Shown here: piece after piece, positions 10,062-21,947 of the stretch
How the letters are laid out: each line of letters starts with the position of its first letter
Numbering within the stretch: the first letter of the stretch is position 1
DNA from: an uncultured Candidatus Saccharibacteria bacterium
Lineage (GTDB): Bacteria; Patescibacteriota; Minisyncoccia; Phycocordibacterales; UBA9973
Direction of reading: 5' to 3'
Assembly (NCBI GenBank): GCA_964468315.1
Contig: CAYXTA010000002.1
Coordinates: 64,319 to 128,318 of the forward strand
Length of the DNA stretch: 64,000 bases
Position numbers and translations under genes: made by a program
Notes under the pieces: model-generated
Database searches by the model: none
The model's input: the letters and a program-made list of their open reading frames with translations, nothing else
What the model was told of the DNA's origin: nothing

Positions 10062-10550
10062 TTGAAGAAAAGTACAAATAAACTAAAATATAATAAAATG
10101 GGAACTAAAAATATCATAAAGAAACATGGATTAGATTTTCTGTGGACTGTATGTATTGAAAAATCATCAGGAAAACACGAATCTCTCGATGAACACATTA
10201 GACAGTGTGAACAAGACGATGAAACTGTACAAAAAGAAAAAATAACCAAGAAATTTGTTGATAAATTAGGAGAAATATTTAAGAAGGACAAGGACGTATT
10301 TTTCTTTGTACACGATAGTCAATTTATGTTTTCTCCTGTCTTCTGTGTATTATCTGATATTGCAACACCAGAAGAACATAACTTGCTCAACCAAACAAAA
10401 CTTGCAATTGCTAAAAAGTTTAAAGAGTCTAATTTCTCAAATGAAGAAGTAAGGGATTTATTTTATAAATTACTTTATTCAAAAGAAAACAAGAAGAGGC
10501 TTGCAAATTTTGATTTAGAAATTTATGAAATAGAACACTACGATTACTAA
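10062..10550 (+). CDS. Hypothetical protein (162 aa; may start at MGTKNII, 10098)
   Basis: ORF only; no recognisable motif; directly follows the rRNA fragment. Confidence 0.35.
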   Translation: MKKSTNKLKYNKMGTKNIIKKHGLDFLWTVCIEKSSGKHESLDEHIRQCEQDDETVQKEKITKKFVDKLGEIFKKDKDVFFFVHDSQFMFSPVFCVLSDIATPEEHNLLNQTKLAIAKKFKESNFSNEEVRDLFYKLLYSKENKKRLANFDLEIYEIEHYDY

Positions 10551-10578
10551 ATCGTAACTTATTTCTGAGAAGAACAAA

Positions 10579-10613
10579 AATAGCTCTATAGTATTATAGA
10601 GCTATTTTTTTAT
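10579..10613. terminator. Bidirectional terminator
   Basis: atagctctatagtattatagagctat plus T-run between convergent genes. Confidence 0.6.
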
Positions 10614-13588
10614 TTAAACTTTTTTATTAACGAACAATATTCACACTCATCTTTACTACTTCCCCAAGGTTTGTAATGGCAAATATTATCTACCCATTCT
10701 CCACTTTCTAAATCTCGAACATAGTCACCAATATCTCTTTTTAATAAATCAATTTTCTCTGCATCTATATGTGTAGAATATAAAGCATTTTTATCTCCTT
10801 CTTCTGCTTCGAGGAAAAGAAGTCTTGAAGTATCAACGCTCTTCCCTTTCTCAGCTCCAGCAACAAGATACGAATACATAGCAAGCTGACGCATATATGA
10901 AGACAAGCGACCTTCGTCATCTATTTTTTCTATTTCACTTTTTATTTTTGGTTTACCAGTTTTGAAATCAGTAATTGTAATATTTCCATTTTCTCTTTCT
11001 GTTAAGTCTAGTTTTCCATACATAAGCAAATCTGGGAATTTTGGATCAGTAAATTGAACTGATCTTTCAGATATATAATCTTTTGATAAAGAATCATAAT
11101 AATTTTTTATCCAATTCATAACAGCTTTCTCAGCGTCTTTTGTAAGTCTTTTTATTTCTTTTTCATCGATTAATCCTTCTTTTAGCAAAGATTCATTTAT
11201 CTTTTCTTTTATTTGTTTATCACTTGGTATTTCTTTATTTTTCAAAATAAATTCGATAGTGGAGTGAACAGCAGAACCAAGTGCAAGTGAAACACCTTTG
11301 ACTTCTGGAAGTTTCAAGAAATTTCTAAAATACCATTTCCATGTACATTCAAAAAAATTATTGAGCAATGAAACAGAAACTTTACTTTCTTTATAATGTT
11401 CCTTTACGAATTTTTTAATTTCTTCTATTATGTTCCCTTCTTTTTTTTCTACAATATTTGTAAAAATCTTTACTCCAATATCATCGGAAGATATTTCTTT
11501 TTCTGTTTCTTCTTTTGTTTTTTTAATAAAATGAGTATGTGGCAATTCACGGATTATTTGTGCGAGTTCTAACTCCCCTCCATTATAGTTCTCACTTGCA
11601 TATGAAATAACACAATTCTCTTTCGCACGAGTAATAGCGACATAAAGCTCTCTTTTAGCATTCTCTACATCACGCTCAGCAATATGAGCTTTTATCTTTT
11701 CTGGCAAAGTAAAACCATTTCTCTTTTCAGACATAAGTACTTCTTCATTCATATACGCAATCCAAACATTTTTATATTCCAAACCTTTTGATTTGTGAAG
11801 TGTCATAACTTGTATACCAGTATCTGCGCCAAAAGTAGCAAGGCTAATATTATTTCCATATTCTTTAAGTCTCAAAAAATACTCTATAAAATCTTTCAAA
11901 CTTGCATTTGTATGTTTTGCTTCAAACATCAAAGCTATATGAATGAAAGTCCTCACCACTTCTACATTTTTCAAAAGTTCACTATGGTTTTCAGATTTAT
12001 CTATCAAAAGCTCATTGCCTATCTTACTAATAACTACAGAGATTTTTTCATTTGCCAATTCTATCCAATTTTTTAAATTTCCTCCCCATTTTGAAATATT
12101 ATTTTCTCCTGCAAAAAGTCCATCCCCTTCGCCATGATTGATAATATCTTCTAAGGTTATTTTTTCAGGTTTAATACTTTTTAAAAATTTATGCGCTTCA
12201 AATACACCTATTCTACTTGTATTATCAAGCAGTGATTCTGATAACAAAATAGGATTATATGGATCAATTACTATATTGAGTATTCTCAAAAAACTATATG
12301 TTTCTTTTACATTAAAAAGTGACACGCTTTTCCCTGTTGAAACAGGAAGTCCTAAATCAGAAAGTATCTGCATTGCACTACGTACATGGAAATTTTTTGG
12401 TACAAGTATCGCACATTGTTCTGGTATATCTCCACTTGCAATTTTATTTTTAAAATAAAGCCCAGCACCTATTATCTCGTCTCTATGATAACTATATTCA
12501 TTAAGTAATATTTTTTCTTTTCCTTTTATATTTGAATTTAATTTTTCTTTTGTAATAGAACTACTAAGCAGATTATCAGCCAAGTCCAATATAGGTGCAG
12601 TGGATCGATAATTTTCTGTAAGAATAATTAATTTTGCTTTACCGAAAAAGTGTGCGAATTCTTCGAAATATGAAAGTTTAGCACCAGAGAAAGCGTAAAT
12701 AAGTTGCCTATCATCTCCTACGACAAAAATATTTGGTTTCTCTATGTCTTTCCAAACAGCTTTAAGAAAATTGTTTTGTACTCCGCTAGAATCTTGATGT
12801 TCATCTACTAAAACATAATTATAGTTTTCATAAATATCGGCACGTACATCTTCGTATTTTTCTACAAGATTTACTGCATATTCCAAAACATCATCATAAT
12901 CCATAAGATTTTCTTCTTTCTTTTTATCTTCATATATACGATAAAATTCGACAACTTCACGAGTGCGTTCTAATGATTCTATTTTCTTTTCGATTTCTTT
13001 TTTTAATTTACCCTTACTTTCTCCACGAGACGAAATACTATCTGGATCATTTTTTAAAAACTTTATATCACCTTCAACTTCTTTTAAGAATTCTTCTGGA
13101 TTCAATCTTTCGCGTTTAAGTATAGAAATAAGCTGTTTCAAATCGTTAAAATACATGGTAGGGTTTGTGCGAGGACGAAGATATTCCCAAGTATTATTTT
13201 GCATTATTTCATCTGCTAAAAATACAGCTTCATCTTCTTCTATTAATTTTGGCATTCTTTTGAAATCCAAAAGTTCATAATTGTTTTCTACTAAAGAAAT
13301 AGCAAAAGAGTGAAAAGTAGAAATATGAACATTATTTGCATCAATACCTATATATTCTTCAAGTCTTTTCTTCATTGCTTTTACACCAGAATTTGTAAAA
13401 GTAAGACAAAGTATACTGTCAGCTTTATTGTCAGTTTTTTTTAAAATATTTCCAATACGCAGAGCAAGTACTTGCGTCTTCCCTGTTCCAGGCCCAGCAA
13501 CAACCATAACAGGTCCATCTAATGTATCGACAGCTTCTTTTTGTGCATTATTTAATTTTTTATATTCTTGTAAAAAAATATTAATCAT
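10610..13588 (-). CDS. UvrD/PcrA-family SF1 helicase fused to a C-terminal RecB/Cas4-like PD-(D/E)XK nuclease with Cys cluster (AddAB-like single chain)
   Basis: Walker A VVAGPGTGKTQ at the N-terminus, UvrD-like motifs throughout. C-terminus has GKLDL...ITDFKTGK (D...DxK), QLAMYSYL (QxxxY) and C...CHYKPWGSSKDECEYC (four-Cys Fe-S type as in AddB/Cas4). Confidence 0.75.
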   Translation of the reverse strand: MINIFLQEYKKLNNAQKEAVDTLDGPVMVVAGPGTGKTQVLALRIGNILKKTDNKADSILCLTFTNSGVKAMKKRLEEYIGIDANNVHISTFHSFAISLVENNYELLDFKRMPKLIEEDEAVFLADEIMQNNTWEYLRPRTNPTMYFNDLKQLISILKRERLNPEEFLKEVEGDIKFLKNDPDSISSRGESKGKLKKEIEKKIESLERTREVVEFYRIYEDKKKEENLMDYDDVLEYAVNLVEKYEDVRADIYENYNYVLVDEHQDSSGVQNNFLKAVWKDIEKPNIFVVGDDRQLIYAFSGAKLSYFEEFAHFFGKAKLIILTENYRSTAPILDLADNLLSSSITKEKLNSNIKGKEKILLNEYSYHRDEIIGAGLYFKNKIASGDIPEQCAILVPKNFHVRSAMQILSDLGLPVSTGKSVSLFNVKETYSFLRILNIVIDPYNPILLSESLLDNTSRIGVFEAHKFLKSIKPEKITLEDIINHGEGDGLFAGENNISKWGGNLKNWIELANEKISVVISKIGNELLIDKSENHSELLKNVEVVRTFIHIALMFEAKHTNASLKDFIEYFLRLKEYGNNISLATFGADTGIQVMTLHKSKGLEYKNVWIAYMNEEVLMSEKRNGFTLPEKIKAHIAERDVENAKRELYVAITRAKENCVISYASENYNGGELELAQIIRELPHTHFIKKTKEETEKEISSDDIGVKIFTNIVEKKEGNIIEEIKKFVKEHYKESKVSVSLLNNFFECTWKWYFRNFLKLPEVKGVSLALGSAVHSTIEFILKNKEIPSDKQIKEKINESLLKEGLIDEKEIKRLTKDAEKAVMNWIKNYYDSLSKDYISERSVQFTDPKFPDLLMYGKLDLTERENGNITITDFKTGKPKIKSEIEKIDDEGRLSSYMRQLAMYSYLVAGAEKGKSVDTSRLLFLEAEEGDKNALYSTHIDAEKIDLLKRDIGDYVRDLESGEWVDNICHYKPWGSSKDECEYCSLIKKFK

Positions 13589-13592
13589 ATTT

Positions 13593-14507
13593 TTAACTTC
13601 TTCTTAGCTCAATTTTTGATTTCCAAAAAAAGAAACTAATAATGACAACAGTAACGAGAGGTGAAAGATATTCTGGTATATGAAAACCAAAACTATGAAG
13701 TATCATAATAACACCAAGAACTAATATAGAATACATAGCACCATTTTTTAAATAAATATATTTCTTTATGCGTTCAATATTACTAATAGTAACCTGTCTT
13801 ACTATTAGTGCCCCAACACCATTACCTAAAAGTATCAATGGTACAGAAAGTGTAAACGCAAAAGAACCAAGAACACCATCGATAGAAAATGTAGTATCAA
13901 TAATCTCTAAGAAAAATAATTTTGAAAGATCTGATTGTGCACTACCTAAAAGTTTTCTTTCTTGTTCTTCAGCATTTTGTTTGAAACCATGTGTAATAAA
14001 AAACAATGTAGAACCAACCACTGCTCCAAAACCCATAAGATTACTTTCTTTTAATGCAAACCATGCGATAACAGTAAGAAAAATAGAAACACAAGCATAA
14101 AACCAAACACCCTTAGACATAAAAAATTTTTCAGTTTTTGGAAGCCCAAATTTCTTTTCTTCTAAAAAGAGCCAATGTAAAAACAAAAACAACAAAAAAA
14201 CTCCTCCTGCAATCAAAAGTATAGGAGCAGATTTTTGTATTGATTCAACGACGAGAGGGTCTGAAGACCATGCAGCAGAAAATACTTGAAATGGTGTAAG
14301 TGATGTATTAAAAGCCCATATAATAATAAATGGCAATAAACCACGCACAAGAAAAACAGCGATAAGCATACCCCAAGTCAAAAACCATCTACGAGCTCGA
14401 GCTCCCATAGTTGAAAGCACTTCTGCATTAATAATAGCATTATCAACAGAGGAAACTGCTTCAAAAACTGAAAGGCCTAATATAGTAAAAATGGCTGAAA
14501 AAATCAT
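13593..14507 (-). CDS. Polytopic integral membrane protein (TerC/DUF475-like, SVDNAI motif)
   Basis: Multiple TM helices; N-terminal motif SSVDNAIINAEVL. Confidence 0.4.
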   Translation of the reverse strand: MIFSAIFTILGLSVFEAVSSVDNAIINAEVLSTMGARARRWFLTWGMLIAVFLVRGLLPFIIIWAFNTSLTPFQVFSAAWSSDPLVVESIQKSAPILLIAGGVFLLFLFLHWLFLEEKKFGLPKTEKFFMSKGVWFYACVSIFLTVIAWFALKESNLMGFGAVVGSTLFFITHGFKQNAEEQERKLLGSAQSDLSKLFFLEIIDTTFSIDGVLGSFAFTLSVPLILLGNGVGALIVRQVTISNIERIKKYIYLKNGAMYSILVLGVIMILHSFGFHIPEYLSPLVTVVIISFFFWKSKIELRRS

Positions 14508-14530
14508 AATAAATTAATTATAGCATCTTT

Positions 14531-15286
14531 TTAAGACAGACTAAATCTGCCAATTTTTGTGCGTTTTATTGAAAAAGCAAGTGCTGGAATACTTAATTTT
14601 TCTCCAATTTCATTGGATATCGAGCGCACGTAAGTGCCAGAAGTACATTTTATTTTAAACGAAGCAATAAAAAATCTCTCTTGTATTTTTTTATCATTTC
14701 CTTTTTTGTTCCAAATTTTTATAATTTCTTTTTGTCTAAAATCACCTTGAACTTTATTAATTCTTTTTTCTATGTTAAAAAAAAGTTTTTCTTTGTTTAT
14801 TTTTTTAATCTTTATTAATTTTAAACTTTTTATACATACTTCTCTTTCTGGTATTTCAACATCTTTGCTATTTCTTGCATACATAAAAAGTGGAACTCCA
14901 TCAACTGTCTTTGATGAATAAATGGGATATTTTTGAATTCTATTACCTAAAAAACTCGGCAATATTTGAATTATATTTTTTCTTAATCCTATTTCTGAAA
15001 TATTAAAATTTTTATTATCTATAACCTTACCCAGAATATCATATGTATCCGTAAAAAAACCAAAAAGTATACTAAATTCATATTCTTTATCTAGAGATAA
15101 ATATTTTTCTTTATTTTTTGTTTCTTCCCCAGCTAATACTAAAAGAAGTCCGCAAGCCATTGGGTCAAGCCTGCCAGCATAAGTCATTGGAAGATTTTTA
15201 TATTCTTTATTTTTAGAACGAAAATACTCCAAAGCTTGGAGTGGAGTTTCACCTTCTTTTTTATTTATTAAAATAACTTTTTTCAA
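14531..15286 (-). CDS. truB: tRNA pseudouridine(55) synthase
   Basis: AGRLDPMACGLLLVLAGE matches the TruB catalytic Asp motif GxLDPxAxGxL. Confidence 0.85.
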   Translation of the reverse strand: MKKVILINKKEGETPLQALEYFRSKNKEYKNLPMTYAGRLDPMACGLLLVLAGEETKNKEKYLSLDKEYEFSILFGFFTDTYDILGKVIDNKNFNISEIGLRKNIIQILPSFLGNRIQKYPIYSSKTVDGVPLFMYARNSKDVEIPEREVCIKSLKLIKIKKINKEKLFFNIEKRINKVQGDFRQKEIIKIWNKKGNDKKIQERFFIASFKIKCTSGTYVRSISNEIGEKLSIPALAFSIKRTKIGRFSLS

Positions 15287-15323
15287 AATAGCCTTGCAAT
15301 TATTATATACTTTAGTATAATGT

Positions 15324-15394
15324 TTTTATCTTACGCGGGGTGGAGAAGTGGTATCTCATAAGGCTCATAACCTTAGGACTCAGGTTCAATTCCT
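15324..15394 (+). tRNA. tRNA-Met (anticodon CAT), initiator-like (C1:A72 mismatch, A11:U24)
   Basis: Cloverleaf by eye: acceptor cgcgggg/ccccgca, D-arm gaga-agtggta-tctc, anticodon arm taagg-ctCATaa-cctta, T-arm tcagg-ttcaatt-cctga. CCA is not encoded. Confidence 0.8.
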
Positions 15395-15407
15395 GACCCC
15401 GCAACAA

Positions 15408-16031
15408 TTAAATGTGTCCAAATTCTCTAAATACTTTTTCGTAGAGATAAATAACTCTTTGTGCTTCACGTTTTGTAATATCAAATTTCAAGCCCTCGTG
15501 AGCTATTTTATTGCGTACCAAGTGTGCTTCCCAAGCATCGTCGAGACTTTTAAATCTATCCTTTCCGACTGATTTCAAACGCTCCCCTAAATTCTCACCT
15601 TGAAATTCAAGCAAATCTGTCATGTCTTCTAAAATAGAATCTGCTTCAATTATAGCGAGTTTCCAATCACTCATACTTTCAGATTCTAAGTATTTCAAAA
15701 CATTTTGCCAACGTGGATTTTTAAATTTCTTATTTTCTTTTTCCTCATGATGATGTTTGTATTCTGCTATTTCGTGATGAAGGTGTTCATGTTCTGCTTT
15801 TCTGATTTCTAAAATTCTTACGATAGAGTAACAAATGATGATAATAAAGAAAATTGAAAGAAGAGATAGTGTTGTATAAAAAACAGAACTAAAACCAGCA
15901 TCTGTAAGAAAAGAAAAAATATATTGAAAAAATTCCAATACTTTATTGAAAACAAATTCCAAATTTATAAATGTCGGAGCTATCGCATACATTTGATATT
16001 TTTTAATAGAAAATTGTTTTAAAAAGTTCAT
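15408..16031 (-). CDS. Membrane-anchored protein with His-rich linker and C-terminal HEPN-like domain (RNx3H motif)
   Basis: TM helix FSSVFYTTLSLLSIFFIIIICYSIV, HEHLHHEIAEYKHHHEE linker, and LDDAWEAHLVRNKIAHEG near the C-terminus. Confidence 0.4.
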   Translation of the reverse strand: MNFLKQFSIKKYQMYAIAPTFINLEFVFNKVLEFFQYIFSFLTDAGFSSVFYTTLSLLSIFFIIIICYSIVRILEIRKAEHEHLHHEIAEYKHHHEEKENKKFKNPRWQNVLKYLESESMSDWKLAIIEADSILEDMTDLLEFQGENLGERLKSVGKDRFKSLDDAWEAHLVRNKIAHEGLKFDITKREAQRVIYLYEKVFREFGHI

Positions 16032-16038
16032 ATATATA

Positions 16039-17439
16039 TTATATATTTTTTTCTATATCTTTAGCTACTTCAAATAAACTTTGGTCTTTATAAAGTGGTG
16101 CCATTGCTTGTATTCCATAAGGTAAACCATCTTTTGAAAATCCAGTAGGTATAGAAATACTAGGAATACCAGCTATATTTGCTGGTACTGTAAAGATATC
16201 TGAAAGATACATCTGCAAAGGATCTTTCTTCTCTCCAAATCTAAAAGCTGTCGTAGGAGCAGTGGGCGTAAAAACAAAATCAACTTCTTTAAAAATATTT
16301 TCATATTCTTTTTCAATAGCATGACGCACTTTCCATGCTTTATTATAATATGCATCATAATATCCATGAGAAAGAACATATGTACCTAAAATAATTCTAC
16401 GACGAGTTTCGAGTCCGAATCCTAATGAACGAGATTTCTTAAAACTATCAAACATAGTCTCACCTTCTTTACGCAAACCATATCTTACACCATCGAGACG
16501 TGAAAGATTTGTACTTACTTCTGCCGGCATCAAAATATAATAAACAGCAAGAGAATATTTTGAATAAGGTAGATCTATATCTTTTGTTTCATAACCGAGT
16601 TTTTTTAATTTTTCTATTTGCTCTTCAAAATTCTGCATTACATCCGTATCAATTCCCTCTTTAAGCCAATTTCGTGGAATACCAATAACTTTTTTAGACT
16701 CTATAGAATTAGGTAATTGTATTGAGGTAGAATCCATTTCATCTTTTCCTGAAATATAATCAAAAATAATTTTTGCATCTTCAGCATTTTTTGTAAGTGG
16801 ACCAATTTGATCAAGAGAAGAAGACATAGCCATCGTACCACTACGAGAAACTCCTCCATAAGAAGGTTTCATTCCTACTATTCCACAAAAACTCGCAGGC
16901 TGACGAATTGACCCACCTGTGTCAGTACCGAGCGAGACAATACACATACCAGAAGCGACAGCAACAGCAGAACCACCAGAAGAACCACCTGGCACTCTAG
17001 AAGTATCGTAAGGATTTTTTGTTGGTCCATATGCAGAATTTTCAGTAGAAGATCCCATAGCGAATTCATCCATATTCGCACGACCCATAAAAACAACTCC
17101 GGCGTCACGTAATTTTTTAATAACATATGCATCATAACTCGCCACATAATTTTCAAGCATTTTAGAAGACGCACTAACTTTCCTACCATTTATCAAAATA
17201 TTATCTTTAATAACCATCGGGATACCTACAAGCTTTCCCTTGTTTCCAGAAGCAATCATTTCATCTGCTTTTTTTGCTTGGTCTAAAACATCACCAAAAA
17301 CTTCAAGCAAAGCATTTAATTCACCATTTTTTTCTTTTATATTTTCGAGACATGCTGAAACTAAATCAACAGATGTAATTTCTTTATTTTGAAGCATAAC
17401 ACTCGCCTTTTCTATTGTGAGATTTTTTATATCGATCAT
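16039..17439 (-). CDS. gatA: Glu/Asp-tRNA amidotransferase subunit A
   Basis: Amidase signature GGSSGGSAVAVASG; gatC is immediately upstream. Confidence 0.9.
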   Translation of the reverse strand: MIDIKNLTIEKASVMLQNKEITSVDLVSACLENIKEKNGELNALLEVFGDVLDQAKKADEMIASGNKGKLVGIPMVIKDNILINGRKVSASSKMLENYVASYDAYVIKKLRDAGVVFMGRANMDEFAMGSSTENSAYGPTKNPYDTSRVPGGSSGGSAVAVASGMCIVSLGTDTGGSIRQPASFCGIVGMKPSYGGVSRSGTMAMSSSLDQIGPLTKNAEDAKIIFDYISGKDEMDSTSIQLPNSIESKKVIGIPRNWLKEGIDTDVMQNFEEQIEKLKKLGYETKDIDLPYSKYSLAVYYILMPAEVSTNLSRLDGVRYGLRKEGETMFDSFKKSRSLGFGLETRRRIILGTYVLSHGYYDAYYNKAWKVRHAIEKEYENIFKEVDFVFTPTAPTTAFRFGEKKDPLQMYLSDIFTVPANIAGIPSISIPTGFSKDGLPYGIQAMAPLYKDQSLFEVAKDIEKNI

Positions 17440-17440
17440 A

Positions 17441-17713
17441 TTACAAAACTTTTTTTACTTTAACAAAATCGTCTTGTGCATCTGGAAATTGTTCTTTTAT
17501 AATTTCTTTACTATATTCTTTTACTTTATTCTCATCTTCCCTCCAAATATTACGCACAGGATATTCTAAATCAATATCTGGAACTTGAACACTTTCTATT
17601 TGCTTCACATAACCCAAAATACCTTCCATATCTGAAAGGACTTTTGTTTTTTCCTCTGCTGAAAGCTCGATTTTTGCCAATTCTGCCAAATTTTCCACAT
17701 CCTGTATTTCCAT
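17441..17713 (-). CDS. gatC: Glu/Asp-tRNA amidotransferase subunit C
   Basis: 90-aa protein 2 nt upstream of gatA; LAKIELSAEE...GILGYVKQI. Confidence 0.75.
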   Translation of the reverse strand: MEIQDVENLAELAKIELSAEEKTKVLSDMEGILGYVKQIESVQVPDIDLEYPVRNIWREDENKVKEYSKEIIKEQFPDAQDDFVKVKKVL

Positions 17714-17822
17714 AGGTCTAGTATAGCAAAAAAACTTAACAATTTAAAGGATTAAATAAACTATTGACTTTTTATATTATATATGATATATTTTATCTAG
17801 AAACCAATAAAAAATATTTATT

Positions 17823-18155
17823 ATGGAAAAAATAGTAAGGGGCTTTAACAAGCTTGCAATAAAAACGCTAATTAACAATCTAGAGATTCTTTCATCTAAT
17901 AATCAAATCTTTAAAAAAGGCAAAGAAACCAAAGAAGAAACAGGGCTGACAGAAATAGCTCGACTACTGTTTAGTGATATTGTTTATATCACAGGTACAA
18001 AATTTCCTAATTTTGATCCAACTGAAGATTCAAAAGAAAAAAATGTAGAATCTTGGAACTCTGTTTTTTCAAAATTAAACCATGATTTGCACACAAAATT
18101 AAACTGCTATTTCAATGATGATGAGCAACCTTTAATGTTTCTTATTGAAAGCTAG
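17823..18155 (+). CDS. Hypothetical protein
   Basis: 110-aa ORF followed by a terminator; no recognisable motif. Confidence 0.3.
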   Translation: MEKIVRGFNKLAIKTLINNLEILSSNNQIFKKGKETKEETGLTEIARLLFSDIVYITGTKFPNFDPTEDSKEKNVESWNSVFSKLNHDLHTKLNCYFNDDEQPLMFLIES

Positions 18156-18173
18156 CATTCTGACCTAAGTAGC

Positions 18174-18212
18174 AAACCCATTATTAAATTATTTTAATAA
18201 TGGGTTTTTTAT
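18174..18212. terminator. Bidirectional terminator
   Basis: aaacccattattaaa...tttaataatgggttt plus T-run. Confidence 0.6.
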
Positions 18213-20773
<2,561 letters not shown>

Positions 20774-20778
20774 AATAA

Positions 20779-21342
20779 TTAATACCAACCAAGTAAATCT
20801 TCTGAAAAAGAAACACTGTGTTCTCCTGAATTTTGCATCCAAGAAACAGTCGAAGTAATATGAATAATATTTGGATCATCAGAAGTGAAAGTCACAACTC
20901 TTTTAAAACCAGAATCTGGATTAGGATTTAAAATAATAGGACTATATTTACCTTCATAAAGACCAAGTTCACAATCGGTTGAATTACTATCTCCACAATA
21001 ATATACATCTGTATCTAATTGGAAAGGAGTAGAAAGATCTATAAATCCGCAACCTTCTGTATTTAAACAATTTTTATTATTTAAAGCTTTATTGAAATCA
21101 ATAAAACCGTTTGTTCCATAAAGCATATAATTATCTCTAATATTTCTAAAATACTCTACCCCTTCTTGGGCTAAATATGTAGCAACTAATTTATTCTTTG
21201 CGTAACTTGTCTGCGATATACCCTGAGAAAGAATTATAAGCATAGCGAGAACTGCTGTAGTAAATATAGAAAGAGCAACTAATGTCTCTACTAATGTAAA
21301 ACCTTTCTTTGAACTATTATTTTTTGTAAAAAAGTTTTTCAT
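20779..21342 (-). CDS. Type IV pilin-like minor pilin (pseudopilin)
   Basis: Prepilin leader and N-terminus KKGFTLVETLVALSIF. Confidence 0.7.
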   Translation of the reverse strand: MKNFFTKNNSSKKGFTLVETLVALSIFTTAVLAMLIILSQGISQTSYAKNKLVATYLAQEGVEYFRNIRDNYMLYGTNGFIDFNKALNNKNCLNTEGCGFIDLSTPFQLDTDVYYCGDSNSTDCELGLYEGKYSPIILNPNPDSGFKRVVTFTSDDPNIIHITSTVSWMQNSGEHSVSFSEDLLGWY

Positions 21343-21343
21343 A

Positions 21344-21946
21344 TTAATTTGTATCTATATCTACTAATCTTTGAGAAATTGAGGACTCAAGAGAAAAAGG
21401 AATTGTGTCATTTTTATATTTTATAACACCTGAAAGTTTCATTATGACATAAGGTTGTTGTGCGTCACGAGAAACACTTTCTTTTTCTGCACCAATAATA
21501 TCAAAACCAGAACCATAATCAAAAATGATTTCTTCTGGATTTATTAAAATTGCATCATCTAATGTCGATTTTGTTATACGATAAACATCATAATGGCCAG
21601 GTATTGATTTGTATAAATTCACAACATTATTTTCTTCAATAAAAGAATATTTCCACAAAGGATTTGTATCATCATTATGATTTATAAAACTCAATTCTGT
21701 CATATCTGTATTTGAAATATTTTCATTATAATCACTACCTGTTCTGATATTTGTAGACATATCTTCCATAATAAAAGACAAGCTATCCATTAGAGAACGA
21801 ATTTTCTGGTTTTTCTTATGTACAGCGTTTGCATTAAGTAATGCTCCTATACCAATAGTAACAAGAGTCGTAAATAGAGCTATTGCAACCATGAGTTCAA
21901 TAAGCGTAAAGCCGGTATTATTATTTTTATTTTTAAAAATTTTCAT
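21344..21946 (-). CDS. Type IV pilin-like minor pilin (pseudopilin)
   Basis: NTGFTLIELMVAIALF N-terminus. Confidence 0.7.
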   Translation of the reverse strand: MKIFKNKNNNTGFTLIELMVAIALFTTLVTIGIGALLNANAVHKKNQKIRSLMDSLSFIMEDMSTNIRTGSDYNENISNTDMTELSFINHNDDTNPLWKYSFIEENNVVNLYKSIPGHYDVYRITKSTLDDAILINPEEIIFDYGSGFDIIGAEKESVSRDAQQPYVIMKLSGVIKYKNDTIPFSLESSISQRLVDIDTN

Positions 21947-21947
21947 A

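Noticed and set aside
10062-10550. Homing endonuclease/intron ORF explaining the 23S interruption
   Set aside because: No LAGLIDADG, GIY-YIG, HNH or His-Cys box motifs visible in the 162-aa protein. No 3' rRNA exon follows, and a terminator separates it from the rRNA fragment.
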